The notes beneath the pieces are model-generated. The model did not search any database and was not told the origin of the DNA. It was given only the letters and a program-made list of their open reading frames with translations. A stretch of DNA of 63,405 nucleotides, filler included, from Dugesia japonica (taxonomy: Eukaryota), in assembly GCA_001938525.1 (NCBI GenBank). It is 6 parts of 6 records of this genome, joined end to end, with 100 filler letters (N's around TTAATTAATTAA, not from the genome) between each part and the next. Parts side by side here need not be neighbours in the genome. Positions count along the whole stretch, not along the records: positions 30,898 to 40,253 come from MQRL01635099.1; positions 40,354 to 52,953 come from MQRL01642722.1; 4 more parts are not named here. One strand, written 5' to 3'. The stretch's first letter is position 1; each line of letters begins with the position of its first letter. The position numbers and the translations under genes were made by a program. Positions 37,440-51,079 of the stretch are shown here, piece by piece.

Positions 37440-37810
37440 AGTTAAAAAAAACCACATCAGCGTTGCAATTTTTAATAGAAAATTTCTTTAGTTTTACAAT
37501 TTTTAATAAAAATCTCATAAGCGTTACAATTTTCCATTAAAAAACTTATCAGTCATGCAATTTGCCTATAAAAAACAAATATCTAGTGACAATATTTCTA
37601 TAAAAAATATATTTTTAGTGACAATATTTCTATAAAAAACATATTACTAGTGACAATGATTCTATAAAAACATATTAGTCATGCAATTTGTCTATAAAAA
37701 CACAATGGGATACTAGAACATGTAGTGACAATTTTGTTTACAAAATGATAAAAACATAGACTTTTTTCTATATAAAATAATAAAACCATAGAAATTTTCC
37801 ATATAGCTAA
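37440..37810 (+). repeat. ~31-bp tandem repeat (TAGTGACAATATTTCTATAAAAAACATAT)
   Basis: Repeated agtgacaat / tctataaaaa units. Confidence 0.75.
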
Positions 37811-37859
37811 TAAGCCTATATAAAAAAGACTTATAAGTAAATATTTTGACATTTAAATA

Positions 37860-38210
37860 GGGTTTATGAGTGTATAAAGTTTAAGACTGAAGAGGGTTAA
37901 AGAAGAAAGAGGGTTTATGAGTGTATGTTTTGCATGTGTACCTAGTATTATATGATTTATTTATTTAATTCAGATGACAAATTATAGTTACCAGGTTTTA
38001 TTGACATAGCAATCATGTAATATAGGGTTTATGAGTGTATTTATACATAGTAATCTTGTATTATATGGTTTATAAGTGTATTATTTACTTAGTAACCTTG
38101 TATTATTTACACAGCAAAAATGAAATATAAGGTTTATGAAATATAAGATTTATGAGTGTATTATTTACATAGCAACATGTATTATAAGGATTATGAGTGT
38201 ATTATTTAAA
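37860..38210 (+). repeat. ~35-bp satellite (GGTTTATGAGTGTATTATTTACATAGCAA)
   Basis: Repeated ggtttatgagtgta units. Confidence 0.75.
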
Positions 38211-40353
38211 TAAAAACCATATGACTCGTGTTCTTTGTTTAATTGAATTCGTGTTGCATTCTCCTTGTTATAGTTGCTTTCGTCTTGCATATTTTTGGTT
38301 ATAGTTACATTTTTGTTTGAATGTTTAATTTTTTTGTTTTTTTAAATAAATGGTTGATTTCTGTAGGAATTGTAAAATTTCTTTAACTTTTATTTTTTTT
38401 TCGCTTAAAAATTTTTTTTCTCTTTTTTTTGAAAACATTTTTCATTTGTTAAATTTTATTTTAAATTTTTCTTTTTTTTGTAAATTTTTTTCTTTTCTAA
38501 ATTTTTAAAAAAAAAAATTTTTTTAATTTTATTTTTTGAAAATCTTTTTGAAATTTTTTTTTAGAAATTGTATTCAGCGTTTCTCTTAAAGTTTTTCAAG
38601 ATAGGGCTATAGGGTTTTATAGAGTTTATTAGAGCTTTTTTATGGTTTTATAAAGTTTTAAATAATCTTATTAAGTATTATCGAATTATTATTATGTGCA
38701 CCAAATGAAACATATACATAGATAAAGGACAATTAACGCACAACAAACCATGAATCTTACCTATACAACACAGATGCAAGTCAAACAAAGATATTTCAAC
38801 ACGATTTCAACTAGAACAAACAACATGATTCATACTTGTGTATGTAAACAAAGACATTATAGGTTTTCAAGTAGGAATGTTATTATAGAAAAGGTCGATT
38901 AATAAGCAAAAATAAAGTTTTTATTTACTTTTGTAGAAATTTACAGGGTAACTATAGAGTTTCTTATGGTAATTTTACGGTAATTATATGAATTTAATAG
39001 AGTTTGATATGGTTTACATGTTTTAATAGGGTTTTGTATGGTTTTATAAGGTAATTATATAAGGTATTTTTAAAGTATTTTATATGGGACTTGTATGTTT
39101 ATTAAATTGTGATTTCTAAGGTAATTATATAGTCTATTAGAAAATAAGTGAATATTTATTTGTTAATTTATTTTAATGATTTTTTTTATTTTAGATATTA
39201 ACAGAATAAATTCAAGGAAAAATATTTCAACAAATATAATAAGTTTAATTAATTAATTTATTGTTACTGATTTATATTTAAGACTGAAAAAATAAATGAT
39301 GTGTCTAAGGAATTTTATGACAAAGGAGTTTATGAATAGAGGTTAGATTTATTAAGATTAAATTTNAGGTTAATGACTTTGTTTAATAATTATAAGTTAA
39401 TGATTTTATTTTAATAATTTTAAGTTAATTATTTTAATTTTATTATAATTTCATTTCAATTTTTAATGTAATGATTTAAACTTTACATAATATTATCAAA
39501 TTTAACTTAATAATTNNNNNNNNNNNNNNNNNNNNNNNNNNNNNNNNNNNNNNNNNNNNNNNNNNNNNNNNNNNNNNNNNNNNNNNNNNNNNNNNNNNNN
39601 NNNNNNNNNNNNNNNNNNNNNNNNNNNNNNNNNNNNTAAAATCTAATTTATAATTAAGATCTAGATTTAAACAATTGTACATAATGACTGTGATTATCCA
39701 TGTTTTATGAGCAATAAATTTTATGTTTTTATTAGTCTTTTCTTTTGTTTTATATATTATTTTTAACATTGTGTGAAAAGCATCTAATCTTAATATTGAT
39801 CGGGGAAATTCACTTCAAAATTTGAAAATTCAAGCAAAATAAGTTTTCCCATTGACTTTCTATGAAAAGTCTATAAAAATCATTAAATTACTTAATTTAA
39901 ATAAGAATCTTAAAAAACAGTAAATTTAAAAAAATCATAAAAATCAATTAATTTAAACAAAAAATCTTAAGTTTGCCGTGTGAATAACTTTGACCTACAC
40001 TTATTCGATCTTGAAATATTACACAAATTAGAATTAGGTATAATAAGCCACGTGGACCTTGAAAATTCAACATTAAAAAGGTTCAGAAAATCAGAATCAA
40101 GAGTAGATAGATAGTAGGGGTCAACCTCTGCACAAATGCAGTACCCCCCTCCGACGTAATCGGATTATTACATAACTGTGGTTGTATTTTTCTAATGTAA
40201 ATAGGCGGTGGCACACAATTGTGTGCGTTACATAATGTAATTAATCTTGTCGCNNNNNNNNNNNNNNNNNNNNNNNNNNNNNNNNNNNNNNNNNNNNTTA
40301 ATTAATTAANNNNNNNNNNNNNNNNNNNNNNNNNNNNNNNNNNNNNNNNNNNN

Positions 40354-41276
40354 ATTATTCAGAAGGCACGTGATATACAGCTGGAAATGGAAGAGCATAT
40401 GAAGATGTCGACTAGATTGTCGGGGAAGATCGANNNNNNNNNNNNNNNNNNNNNNNNNNNNNNNNNNNNNNNNNNNNNNNNNNNNNNNNNNNNNNNNNNN
40501 NNNNNNNNNNNNNNNNNNNNNNNNNNNNNNNNNNNNNNNNNNNNNNNNNNNNNNNNNNTGATGCAACAGTAATGAAATAAGTAAACACGTCACTTTTAAA
40601 ATGAATTTTAATTTTTGAGTATCTGGGCTAATTACAATAAGTTACAATTGATATAATAATTTTTTAATTATGATAAAAGTTAAAAAATATGCTGTTATTT
40701 TCCAGTGGCCGCAGTGAAAAAGATAACGGATTCATCGACAACAGCGATTCAAGCCAAGTAGTGTGCAATGCAGCAGAAATATAAGTCCGAAATTGTAGAG
40801 CTACAACATAAGAACACCCAACTCAGAAGTAAGGTGAGTCGATTACAGGAAAAAGATCTGGCACTATCCCAGACGTGCCGAGCAATGGCGGAGATAATCA
40901 AAACATATGCCGATCGCGAAGGAGTATTAATCGCCACGGTCCGCACTCTTACTCAAGTGTCAACATCCTCCAAGAAGGCGAATACAGAAGCAGAGATTAT
41001 TAGCATTGACGAATAAATCATTGTGTGTATATAATATATCTTCGTTGAAATTATTAACTTTGGAAAGTGTGAATATTTAAGAGCCGAAACAAACAGAAAT
41101 TAAAACGCACAAGACGGGATACAGCATAGTTCCGCTGAATCTGGGAAAAGGGGGATCGTGTTACGAGAGAGAGTAACACAAATTTCTGTGGTTGCTAGGT
41201 ATCATCCCCCAGACAAAAAGACATATTCAGAAATAACGAGAGATTAAAACAAGATCAAAAGCCTAGCAACCCAACA
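40354..41276 (+). mobile_element. 3' portion of a large TGTTGGG-family LTR
   Basis: Ends AACCCAACA and has the same layout as 16750-17881, including the acgtcactt...tttgagt motif and ORF B. Confidence 0.7.
40706..41016 (+). pseudogene. LTR-encoded coiled-coil ORF B homologue (conserved W codon is now TAG), after a ttccag acceptor
   Basis: IQAK*CAMQQKYKSEIVELQHK...QEKDLALSQTCRAMAEIIKTYADREGVLIATVRTL. Confidence 0.7.
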
Positions 41277-41289
41277 AATATATTTTGCA

Positions 41290-42960
41290 TATCTATTCCT
41301 CCCATCAGATTTAGTGTCATTCTTTCAGCAACAAAGAAACTTCATTAATTATCACTTCGGTTCTAACTTTTCCTACAATTTAAAGTGTACTGTTATTTGC
41401 ACAACGCAATCTTTCATCACTCATTTCTAAATGAACTTCTTGTAATTTTTGAAAACAACTCAAACTTATCACGTTAATTCGAGCCCCTGAATCTAATAAA
41501 CATTTGACTTTATTTCCTCGAATTGATACCGTAACACTTGGTCTGCGTTGAAATCTATGGTACGAAATATTTATTTTCTTTTCTGCTTCAACTATTTCTA
41601 CCCATTCTACTTTTCTATCATCCGCAAAATTTTCCCTCTTAAAGAAGCTATATACTTTTTCTGTAACTTTTCCGATATCATCACACTTTTCAACTCTTTA
41701 AGGATAATTACTAACTTCATTTAACAATGGATGGCTCCAANNNNNNNNNNNNNNNNNNNNNNNNNNNNNNNNNNNNNNNNNNNNNNNNNNNNNCTTTCAT
41801 ATGCTTCCTCATATCCATCATTTGTACTGACATCTTCATCTTCAATCACATGTACTCGATTATATCGATTTCTTAATCTACCTGCAGTCATAAATTTATC
41901 ACATGTTCTTTTCGCTTTCTAATTTGTGTAGCACTCTTCTGTACTATGTTCATCATTACCACATCGTTGATACCTTACTTCTTGACATAACCATCTAATA
42001 TGGTCAACCTTTCCACAACCAAATCATTTTGTTGGTTTTTTAATTTGGACAATCTTGACTTATATGACCTGTGTTATCACAATTCCAATACTACCACTTT
42101 TTTGGTAGGACAATTTGCTTTAGTATGACCGATCTTATGACATAAACAACATTCTATATTTTGTTGTTCCTTTCTTTGCTCCACATGATTCACTGTATGA
42201 TTTACAGGTTTCTGATAATTTCGATTTGTAACTCGCGCGTAACTTCTAACTGCATCAACTCGATCTCTGTTTTTCTCTACTTGATTTACTAACGTCATTG
42301 TTTCTTCAATATTTTTTCTTGTTTGCGCAAAGTCACTTCTTCTTCAACTTTTTTGTTATCTGAACAGTATACTAGCATCTATGCTACAGCTTTTTCCTCA
42401 GTAAAATCTTTATTTGTAAATAATCTCTCCACTAAATCTTTTACATTTTTAAAATATACTAGAATCTCTTCATTTCTACGCCTGTAGTTAATCAAATTTT
42501 GAAAGTCTTTGATAACATCTTTCTCTTTCTCAAATGCCATAAACGGATCTGAAATCATTCAAATTTTTTGAACGTCTTTGCATATTCTTCCAACAAATCT
42601 TCATCTAACATACAAGATACTAATCTCTCCTGTTGTTTCACATGGGTGATGTTTTAAGCTTCAAAATACAATTCACACCACTTGATGAATTTCTCAATAT
42701 CATGTCTGCAGAACACATTCGGCAATTACCTCTCTGTAATAGAATCGGTATTTACCGCTGCCACCATGTTAGATAAATCTTAAATTGGTAATTCATTTTC
42801 CAAATCACAACTAATATTTTTAGACATCATTTATTTTACTACTAAAACACAAGTTTGAAATAGAAAAATATAAATGAAATCAACAATTTCAATATTAATA
42901 TTCAGATAACTCGTTTTCTATTGGATGAGATTATTAATTAATAATTATTTCCTCATATGT
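41290..42960 (-). mobile_element. Gypsy element 5' part (LTR, PBS, gag, protease), same family as 545-3146
   Basis: Protease CLLDSGARINVISLS, zinc knuckle CCLCHKIGHTKANC and high nucleotide similarity to 690-1790. Confidence 0.92.
42754..42766 (-). promoter_or_regulatory. Primer-binding site, tRNA-Leu
   Basis: TGGTGGCAGCGGT directly after the LTR end TAACA; complementary to the tRNA-Leu 3' end ACCGCUGCCACCA. Confidence 0.85.
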
Positions 42961-45900
42961 ATGATTTCATATATATCTGTAGGCAACTTTTTAATCATTT
43001 TTTCTTTCGTTTTTTGACATTTACATCTTTATACAGTTTTATATTTTATATCAGTTTTATTTTCCATATCAAATTTTCTCGAAATATATCCGTGAACCTT
43101 TTACAATCAGAATGACATAATAATTGATGTTACTCTGATTAAAAAAAATGCTGAAGTAATAATTTTTAAACTTAAAAAATGTATTTTTTTATAGGTATAA
43201 AATATGTACATACATATATGCTCGTACATGTGTGTATTATGATTATAATATAAAGTTTTTATTAATAATGAAACCAATTAAATCAAATTGAAAACAATTG
43301 AAATAATATTCTTGGCAACTGGCAACTAAATTAAAATTTGGATTTAAAAAGAAATCATTTTAAAAGAAGAAATAAAAGAAAACAGAATTTAAAGAATAAT
43401 AGAAAGGGAAAATAACTTTATCAAGGAATAGAAGTTATTCCTTTGAAAAATTTGATATTTTGAAAACGCAAAAATTGCCTAATTGATTTGACTACCACCG
43501 ATAATTGGAGTATTCCGAAAATATGAAATTCTACAAATCGAAATATATATATCCAATCTAAACAATAACTAAAATATTAAATCATTTTAAATATCCCATA
43601 ACGGCGACAGTAAATTTTATTCAGTGTTTCTTCGAATTTTACATAATTAATAAACATTATTGTAACAATAATCTATCTGTTTTTGTTTATGACTGTTGTA
43701 AAAATTTTGTATAGTTTAATCCAGGTACCCGTTACTGTAATCTTCAATTAACAACTATAATAACCCAACTCAGTCATTTGTTTTACGTCTGCTCAGGTTT
43801 ATAAAAGCATCTGCACAATATTCACCCCGGTTGTCCCAATATTGAGGCAAGAGACTCTGTCGGGCCCAATATAACTCTCTGATAATATCTAAATTAAATC
43901 AATACAAAATCTACCTATAAAGTAGCATTATAAATAATATTAGATATTGATATACATGTTGGGGTGAAACACATGATTAAAAGAAAATGCATAATCAAGG
44001 GGGTCCAAGCTTCAACTAATTAAGAAGAAATAAAATGCAGAGAAACTAATTAATAATAATTCTCATTTCGATAATAAATCGTAAATAAATAATCAAAAGA
44101 AAATCAGAAGAATATAGAAGCAATAAAAATAATAAAAGATAATAATAATAAACAACCACAATTATGAAAATTAAATGTTATAATAAATAATAAGCGGAAT
44201 ATGATCAAAAATATTGTTGTGGAATAGATAAATAAAAACTTTAAAAAAATAAATTAAGTAATATTGTAAATAAGCTAGAATAAATATATGAAATAAAAAC
44301 TGGGAATTTGTGCAAAATAATAACTGAATTCGTAAATTCAAATTTAAAGTTAAAAAATGACAAATGAGTAAATTACAACGTTTGTAAAGAGTACTGGAAT
44401 TACGTAATTAATAGAATAATAAATGAGAAATGATATTTTAAAAAAGGAAGGAATGTATTAACGGTGAAATTGTAAAGATGTATATAAGCTAATGATTATT
44501 AAAGTATAAATTAGGAAACATTGAGGTAGAATTTTAAGAAAAATATTTATAATATTAATTAAAATAAATTAACAATTATAATAAAAAGATCGAGAATAAA
44601 ATCAAAATAATACCTAAAAATTCGACGAAGGGAAAAATGAAAATTTACAGTTATTTATACCCTTTTAAAATCAATTGATCATTAATCAGGTTAACATGAG
44701 TAAACTCAAGGGTCGGCTCATTATCAACGTCCAACAAGGGACATGAAGGAAATTCGAACAATTAATTAATCTCCATTTGACATGATAAACAAGAAAATCT
44801 CTTTTTAGCTTACATGGAGTAAATATTAAGAAATCATTGAAAAATAAAATTAAATATTTTATATTATAACAAAGAGTTAATTAAGTAAAAATATTAATTA
44901 TATATATAAAATATCATGTAATATAAATAACTATGAACATAAAGATGTTTATAGATCAATTAAAGAGGTATAATATCAGATTGTAGTATTAATAAGGGTT
45001 AAGTAATAAAAATGTAAATAAAATGATAACTTTCTAAATGACATAAAAATTAAGAATAATAGTTAATTATGCTCAAAATGATTATTAAACATATCATATT
45101 ATATTTTAATATTATTATGATGTACATAATAGTGTAAATAGCCATATTAATACAAATCCAATTTTTCTAAAAAATATTAAATATAAATGGAATTGGTATC
45201 ATGACAATGCTGCAAATAAACACAAAAAATGGTCAAAGTAAAACAAAGATGTCGAAATTTTAAAGAAACTTAAATCGGATTAATTATAACAGAACCACAA
45301 ATTTTTCTAAAATGATGAGAATTCATTCTTATGGATGACTTTGTGGCTATGCATAAAAACTGAATTGGAGCGACCAAACTTTAAAGAAATAATAAAATAA
45401 TTTATCTCGTTAGCTTAGTGAAGGTTATAGACAAATGTTATTAACAATTTAAGTTATTATAAAATTTGAGGCGTTCAAACCCGTACCTGACAGTAGGATG
45501 GAAAATTAATATACAGCCAATGAGAGATCAGTGTGACAGGCTTATTCCTATTGGATCTTTAAATTTGTAATTTTTATTCTTGATGACATTTTATTTGATA
45601 CACATTTTTATTTGTTATTATGTGAAAAGTAGATTGTGCATGTGTGTGTAATACTATTTAAACAATTGTAAATAATCCATAAAATTCGGTTAAAAGTGCT
45701 ATAACACGATTAACACTGTGTTGAGAAATAAATTTATTATTGAGTTAATAAATTTTGTTTGAATTGAATTATAATTCACGAGATTTTAGAACCCTTAGAT
45801 GGACTTTTACTTGAGCAAGGAGCAGATTTAATATAATATAATTTTAATATAATTTAATATAATTTTATAATTTAGCAAGCTTAAGTGTTGGAAACCCAAA

Positions 45901-46689
45901 CAATATTATAAGAAAATAAAATAGAAAATTAATTAAATTTTTATGAAAAAGAAATTCAATGTAATCAAAAATCAGTAAAAGAGGGATATGTTCTCTCTGG
46001 AAAGCCAAAAAAGAACGGAAAAAGAAAATCTACAAAAATAATGACATGGGTAATTGAGTTTCATAACAGAAAAACACTAACATTATCAAAAGAGTCAGAA
46101 AAAAGGGTTAAAAATCGGGTAAATGAAGGGCCATAGAATAATCAGAAGACAAAATCAGCAGGTTCTCTAAAAATAGGCATCAATAGAACGGCTAAAAATC
46201 ATGGAAAATCCTAGAATTTTGGAGTTGGTGCCAATTAGAAGACGGATAGCTGAAAACAAAGATAGCACCCATTACAATGAAAATTGGGTTGTATGAAAAA
46301 TTATATAAAACCCCCCATAACTTATACATTGTTACCCTAAAAACGTTTGAATTAAATTAGTCTCTATAATTTTATATTGCAAGGAAATAACAACCGTCTC
46401 ATTCGTTAAAGAAAAGCTGATTTGGGAAAATTACGAGTTATTATAAACGAAACGCTAAGTGCACAATAATCAATTAACAGTTCATGAGAATTTGAATTTA
46501 TCGTTTAATCATCAACCGTAGCGGAATTATATTATTTTCGAAGTATGTTTTGGTTGTTTTATTATTATGTTCATGTAATAAATTTTATTAAAAACAAACG
46601 AATCGTTTAATTACTATTTATTTCACTTAATATATGGTCATTTTACCGCCCCTATTAAACAAATACGCGAAGACAGCGAGGACATCAAA

Positions 46690-46986
46690 ATGTCCTGGGA
46701 CTTGAACCGCTTAGCAAAAAGAAAGTGGGAGGTTAACAACGCCACTGCTAATGGTAAGGTGAAACAGTATAAATCTAAATGTCAAGATTACCGGCTTGAA
46801 GCCGAAACCTCTCATTCGCAAGAGAGTATGTGGAAAAGGCAACTGGAAAGCCTAGTCGAGAAGATAACCGCACTTCATGCAAGAGAAAATAAACTGGTAG
46901 CAGATATTTTAACTGTTCGTAAGAAAATGCCCTTAGAGCCTTTACTTATTGATAAATCAACACAAACCGCCCAGAATCTAAATTGA
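46690..46986 (+). CDS. LTR-encoded coiled-coil protein, W-x51-RE family, intact 98 aa
   Basis: ATG in AAAATG context, open frame and downstream AATAAA; W1, E33, I47, R53, E54 and T63 are colinear with the other two copies. Confidence 0.7.
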   Translation: MSWDLNRLAKRKWEVNNATANGKVKQYKSKCQDYRLEAETSHSQESMWKRQLESLVEKITALHARENKLVADILTVRKKMPLEPLLIDKSTQTAQNLN

Positions 46987-47126
46987 CATTGTAAATGTTG
47001 TGTGGAAAATAAATATATGAATGAAGTATTGTCCTTTTCACGAACTTTGATATCGGTTTTAAACTTTGCTTAATTATAAAAACATCGGTATCTGTTGATT
47101 GTAATAGTTTTTTCTTTACTTTTAAG

Positions 47127-47488
47127 TGCCTAGAATACGACTCTCAAACAGACTCCTTCGATGCCACAAAATAATCCAGAAATTACTAGTAGAGCGACAC
47201 TTTACTAAACGATGCAAATGATACTTACTGAAACACATTACCCAGCGCAACCAATTAATAAAGAAGTTAAAAATTGTGAATAAAAAGAAGGACGAGCTAG
47301 CCAAACAAGTCAAGCAGATTCTCACCAATAAAATCGAATTCTTAAAAAGGTACATCGCTGACCTGTCTACTCATTTAGAACTAGAAACGTGGACAAGATG
47401 GAACAGCAATGACAATGAGGCAGTATTTGATTTTTCAAATGACGAGCCAGCCCAGTGGCTAGACCCTGAGGTGCTGAATTATATGTAA
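47127..47488 (+). pseudogene. Second LTR-encoded basic coiled-coil ORF (one stop) after a tttaag acceptor
   Basis: VPRIRLSNRLLRCHKIIQKLL...RNQLIKKLKIVNKKKDELAKQVKQIL...; AATAAA downstream. Confidence 0.5.
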
Positions 47489-47849
47489 TGTGTGTACAAA
47501 ATAAACTTTTCATATTTAATCTATTTACTAATATTTTTGATCAGTTTGTTTAAATGGGGAAGTCTTGAACCCGAAACAAAGGTGTACAAGTGTGGACTCC
47601 AAGTAAGCAATGGGAGTCAACCACTTTACACTGAAAACCTAAATAAGTACTTTAAGTAAATTCTTCGAGGGGTCCCCTTAGGTCTGGTTTTTACCCCCTG
47701 CCGAATTTTACCATTTGCGACTCAGCTGGAACCCCAACATATATAATATAAACTTCCTAATAATGAATATAATCAATCAATTTGACTCTTATTTTTTTGG
47801 ATCAAAATTTTATTTTGAATTGTTTAAAACAATATTTTCGATCAGTATT

Positions 47850-48450
47850 CAATTTCTTTCAAAGCATAAGTTCTCTTTAATAACATCGATTTCTTTAAAC
47901 ACCTTTGCCATTTACAACCATCATTTTGTACTATTAGTGCTAATATTTTAGTGTTGAATTTTCTAGATTTTGGTTATTTATGGATCTAGCATTGGACCCA
48001 CGTTTCATAATCTGTTCTTGAGAGAACAATTGTATTAAATGTTCTTCACCTTTTCCATTTTAATATTTAAACTGATAAGATAGTTGATCCAAATCTGAAA
48101 TTGTATTGTTATTGGTCTTTAAGTCTTCAGTATAAACGTTATTGCTTGATAATCAGATATTAATCAAAATATCTGTCCATAAAAATAATATTTAAAATGT
48201 TCTGTGAAATTGCCAAAATTTCTTTCCTGGTAATACAATAGCCCAAATCGTGTTTACTCATGGCTAGAAAAATCCAAAACCAAACTTTTCAAAAAATGAG
48301 TCATGGATTTAGATCCATAAGCAATAACTCTTTGCTTTCCATCGTTAATAATTTGACTAAAGACTTCATCTATTCTAACAAAGTTGGCATCTTTATCCAA
48401 TATAAATTCTTTAGAAAAATTTTGAAGAGCTAAGAAAATCATTTGCTCTT
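47850..48450 (-). mobile_element. Gypsy RNase H fragment
   Basis: FSKEFILDKDA...VFSQ...QRVIAYGSKSM and YCITRKEILA. Confidence 0.85.
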
Positions 48451-48459
48451 AAACCAGAA

Positions 48460-49490
48460 ATTACAACGGATGAAATGCCGAAGTTGGCTGAAAATTTTGA
48501 GAAGAACGATAAAATCTTTGTGGGTCACAGATAAATAAATTGACATACTCAGATGTGGTAGCTGCAAGTTACAGACCAAAAATTAAGAAAATTGATTTAA
48601 AAGGTTCTAGATACCATAAACCCAGGAATAATGAAATAGAACAAGCAATTCATATTGTTGAAGAACTCAAAAATTTCAAAAACAACAGAGAAGGTTAATT
48701 TAGCAATATTCAAACAGTTTACATGAAGTTTATTGCAAGGACATTGTACAATAAATCAAAATGACTCCACAACCAAAAGAAGAACAATTAAAATAAGGTT
48801 CATGCTTTTGCTGTCATCTGATGGGTCACATACGTAATAACTGCCTTCTTAAATTAAGTTGCCTAATTTTTGGTAAAACGGGTCACAGTTTTAGAAACTG
48901 CTGATTACTTGGAATTTAGATATATCACAACAATAATTGTGTGAAATGCGTTTCAGAAAAAGATGACAGTGTGGATGAAAGAAATAAAGATTTAAAGGTG
49001 ACCAATCATGATGATGGCTATTTAAACGAAAGAGACTCCATTGTTTCAATTTCCTCGAAGTCAATACAATTAAAACTGAAAATCGGAATTGTTATATGTA
49101 TAAGAAGAATGATNNNNNNNNNNNNNNTATGTCAAAGGTTTAAGAAAATAGTCTAAATGTTGTAGGATACTGGTGCTTCAATATCAGTGATGCATACAAA
49201 GTTATGGAGGGTGTGGATCTTTTCCCTTAGATAGATGCAATATTAAATTTAGTGATTCGTGTTCAAAAGAAGCCGTGAATTGTTCAGGAATTGGAAAAGT
49301 TGAAATTGAATTTAGAAATGTGAAAAGAATTGTTTACATTGTGATTGTTGATGGATTAAATCCAGAATTTATTGGTGGAATTGATATGTTTAATGCATTT
49401 AATATTAAATTAAAAATGCTAAATATATTGTATTCAGAGAACATTAACAGCAAATTTCCTGATTATGATAGTTATAAGATAGTTTTTTAA
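48460..49490 (+). mobile_element. Decayed Gypsy gag-protease fragment
   Basis: CFCCHLMGHIRNNC knuckle (~48803), DTGASISV (~49167) and FIGGIDMF. Confidence 0.75.
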
Positions 49491-49758
49491 AAAACAGATT
49501 TAAATTTTTTATTTTTGAAAATGGAATTTATTAAAATCAAAAGTATATTTAAAATTGTATCAAGAAAATAATTTATAAAATAAATTTGTAAAATTTCAAG
49601 GATTTTTAAAATATAAAATTAAATGAATAAAAGATGTTTATATTTAGGTATTTTTTTAAATCAAGATATATTAAAAATAGAATAAAATATAAAATTAAAA
49701 GAATAAAATATTTCTGTTTTAGTGTATTTTTTAAAATCAAAATATAATTTAAATATAA

Positions 49759-50447
49759 TTGTTAGGTGAATTTGGAAAACTCGTCGAATCATTAACATCA
49801 GAATTTAACTCCATAAATTTATTAAAATAAAAACTATGCTTAACACTATTTTGTTTATTTAAACAAATTAAAATCATGTGTTTTCATTGGTGATCATTTT
49901 GCAAAATAGAAAACTGTAATTTATTTATTTAAATTTAATTTAANTTATTTCAGANATTTTATTTATTNATTTAAAATTTAAGACAAATTTTCTTTTACGT
50001 TAAAAATTTTATTTATTAAAATTTACTTTAATCAATTTTTAATCAATCCAATCATCATTTTTGAATTTTTTTGAATTGAAACTTTATTTATTTAAAATTA
50101 ATTTAATTCAAACATTTTATTTATTTATTTTAAATTTAAGACAGATTTCCGTTTACTCAAAAGTTTTAATTTATCATTAAAAAAAATATTTGTTATTTAA
50201 ATTCTTCATCAATACTTTNNNNNNNNNNNNNNNNNNNNNNNNNNNNNNNNNNNNNNNNNNNNNNNNNNNNNNNNNNNNNNNNNNNNNNNNNNNNNNNNNN
50301 NNNNNNNNNNNAAATATTTAGTATTTTCCGTTTTTAAATATGAATTTTTAAATTTGTTTGTTTAAACAAATAATGATGTTATAGTATTTATTTCAATAAA
50401 TTTTGTGGAGTTGAATTCTGCTGTTAATTTCCAAACTCATCTAACAA
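49759..50447. mobile_element. AT-rich MITE/foldback with ~120-bp TIRs
   Basis: ttgttaggtgaatttggaaa...cagaatttaactccataaaatttatt is mirrored by aataaattttgtggagttgaattctg...tttccaaactcatctaacaa. Confidence 0.75.
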
Positions 50448-51079
50448 TAGTAATGTAATTGTTTTTATTTTTTTTATTTTTAAAAAATACGTGTATATAC
50501 CTATGTATATAAAAATATTAAAAAGAAATATGAGTCAATAATAACTATTGACGAAATAATACAAAATGGTAATTTAAAAACTTATACTCTTGGCAACCAA
50601 TGAGAATTCCATTTCAACTTTCCAACCAATAATTCAAGATTTCACAATAAAGATAACCTTTAAGCTTATCAAGATAATACTTGTTACTATATGGTGAAAC
50701 AACATTCTGGTTGAAGAAGAATAAATAATAAAATAAAAATTTGGCAACCGCCAAAAGTCGGACTTTTATAAAGTTTGTAAAATTTGCTGAAAATCCTAAA
50801 TCGAACGATTTATCTCCAACCAACAGTAAATTTAATTAGTTTTTTTATCTTTGACCAAGCCATGAATTGTTAAATTCTATTTTTCAGCTAAAGCAGCAAA
50901 ACCTTGTTCAAAAATGTTCACTTTTTATTCTTTTAATACTTACAATTTAAAGAATATGAACTTCTTTTACCATTCATATTTCAATTTGGGGATTAAAAAA
51001 TTATTAACTAATATTAAAATTTAAACAATTAATATTTATTTATTTATTGAATAGATTTCAATGGAAATTAAGACTTTGT

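Larger units (their letters stand above)
43957..47739 (+). mobile_element. 3,783-bp solo LTR (TGTTGGGGT...ACCCCAACA) carrying two ORFs
   Basis: 9-bp terminal inverted repeat; flanks TACA/TATA (4-bp TSD with one mismatch); no PBS downstream. An A-rich U3-like 5' half is followed by the ORFs. Confidence 0.75.
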
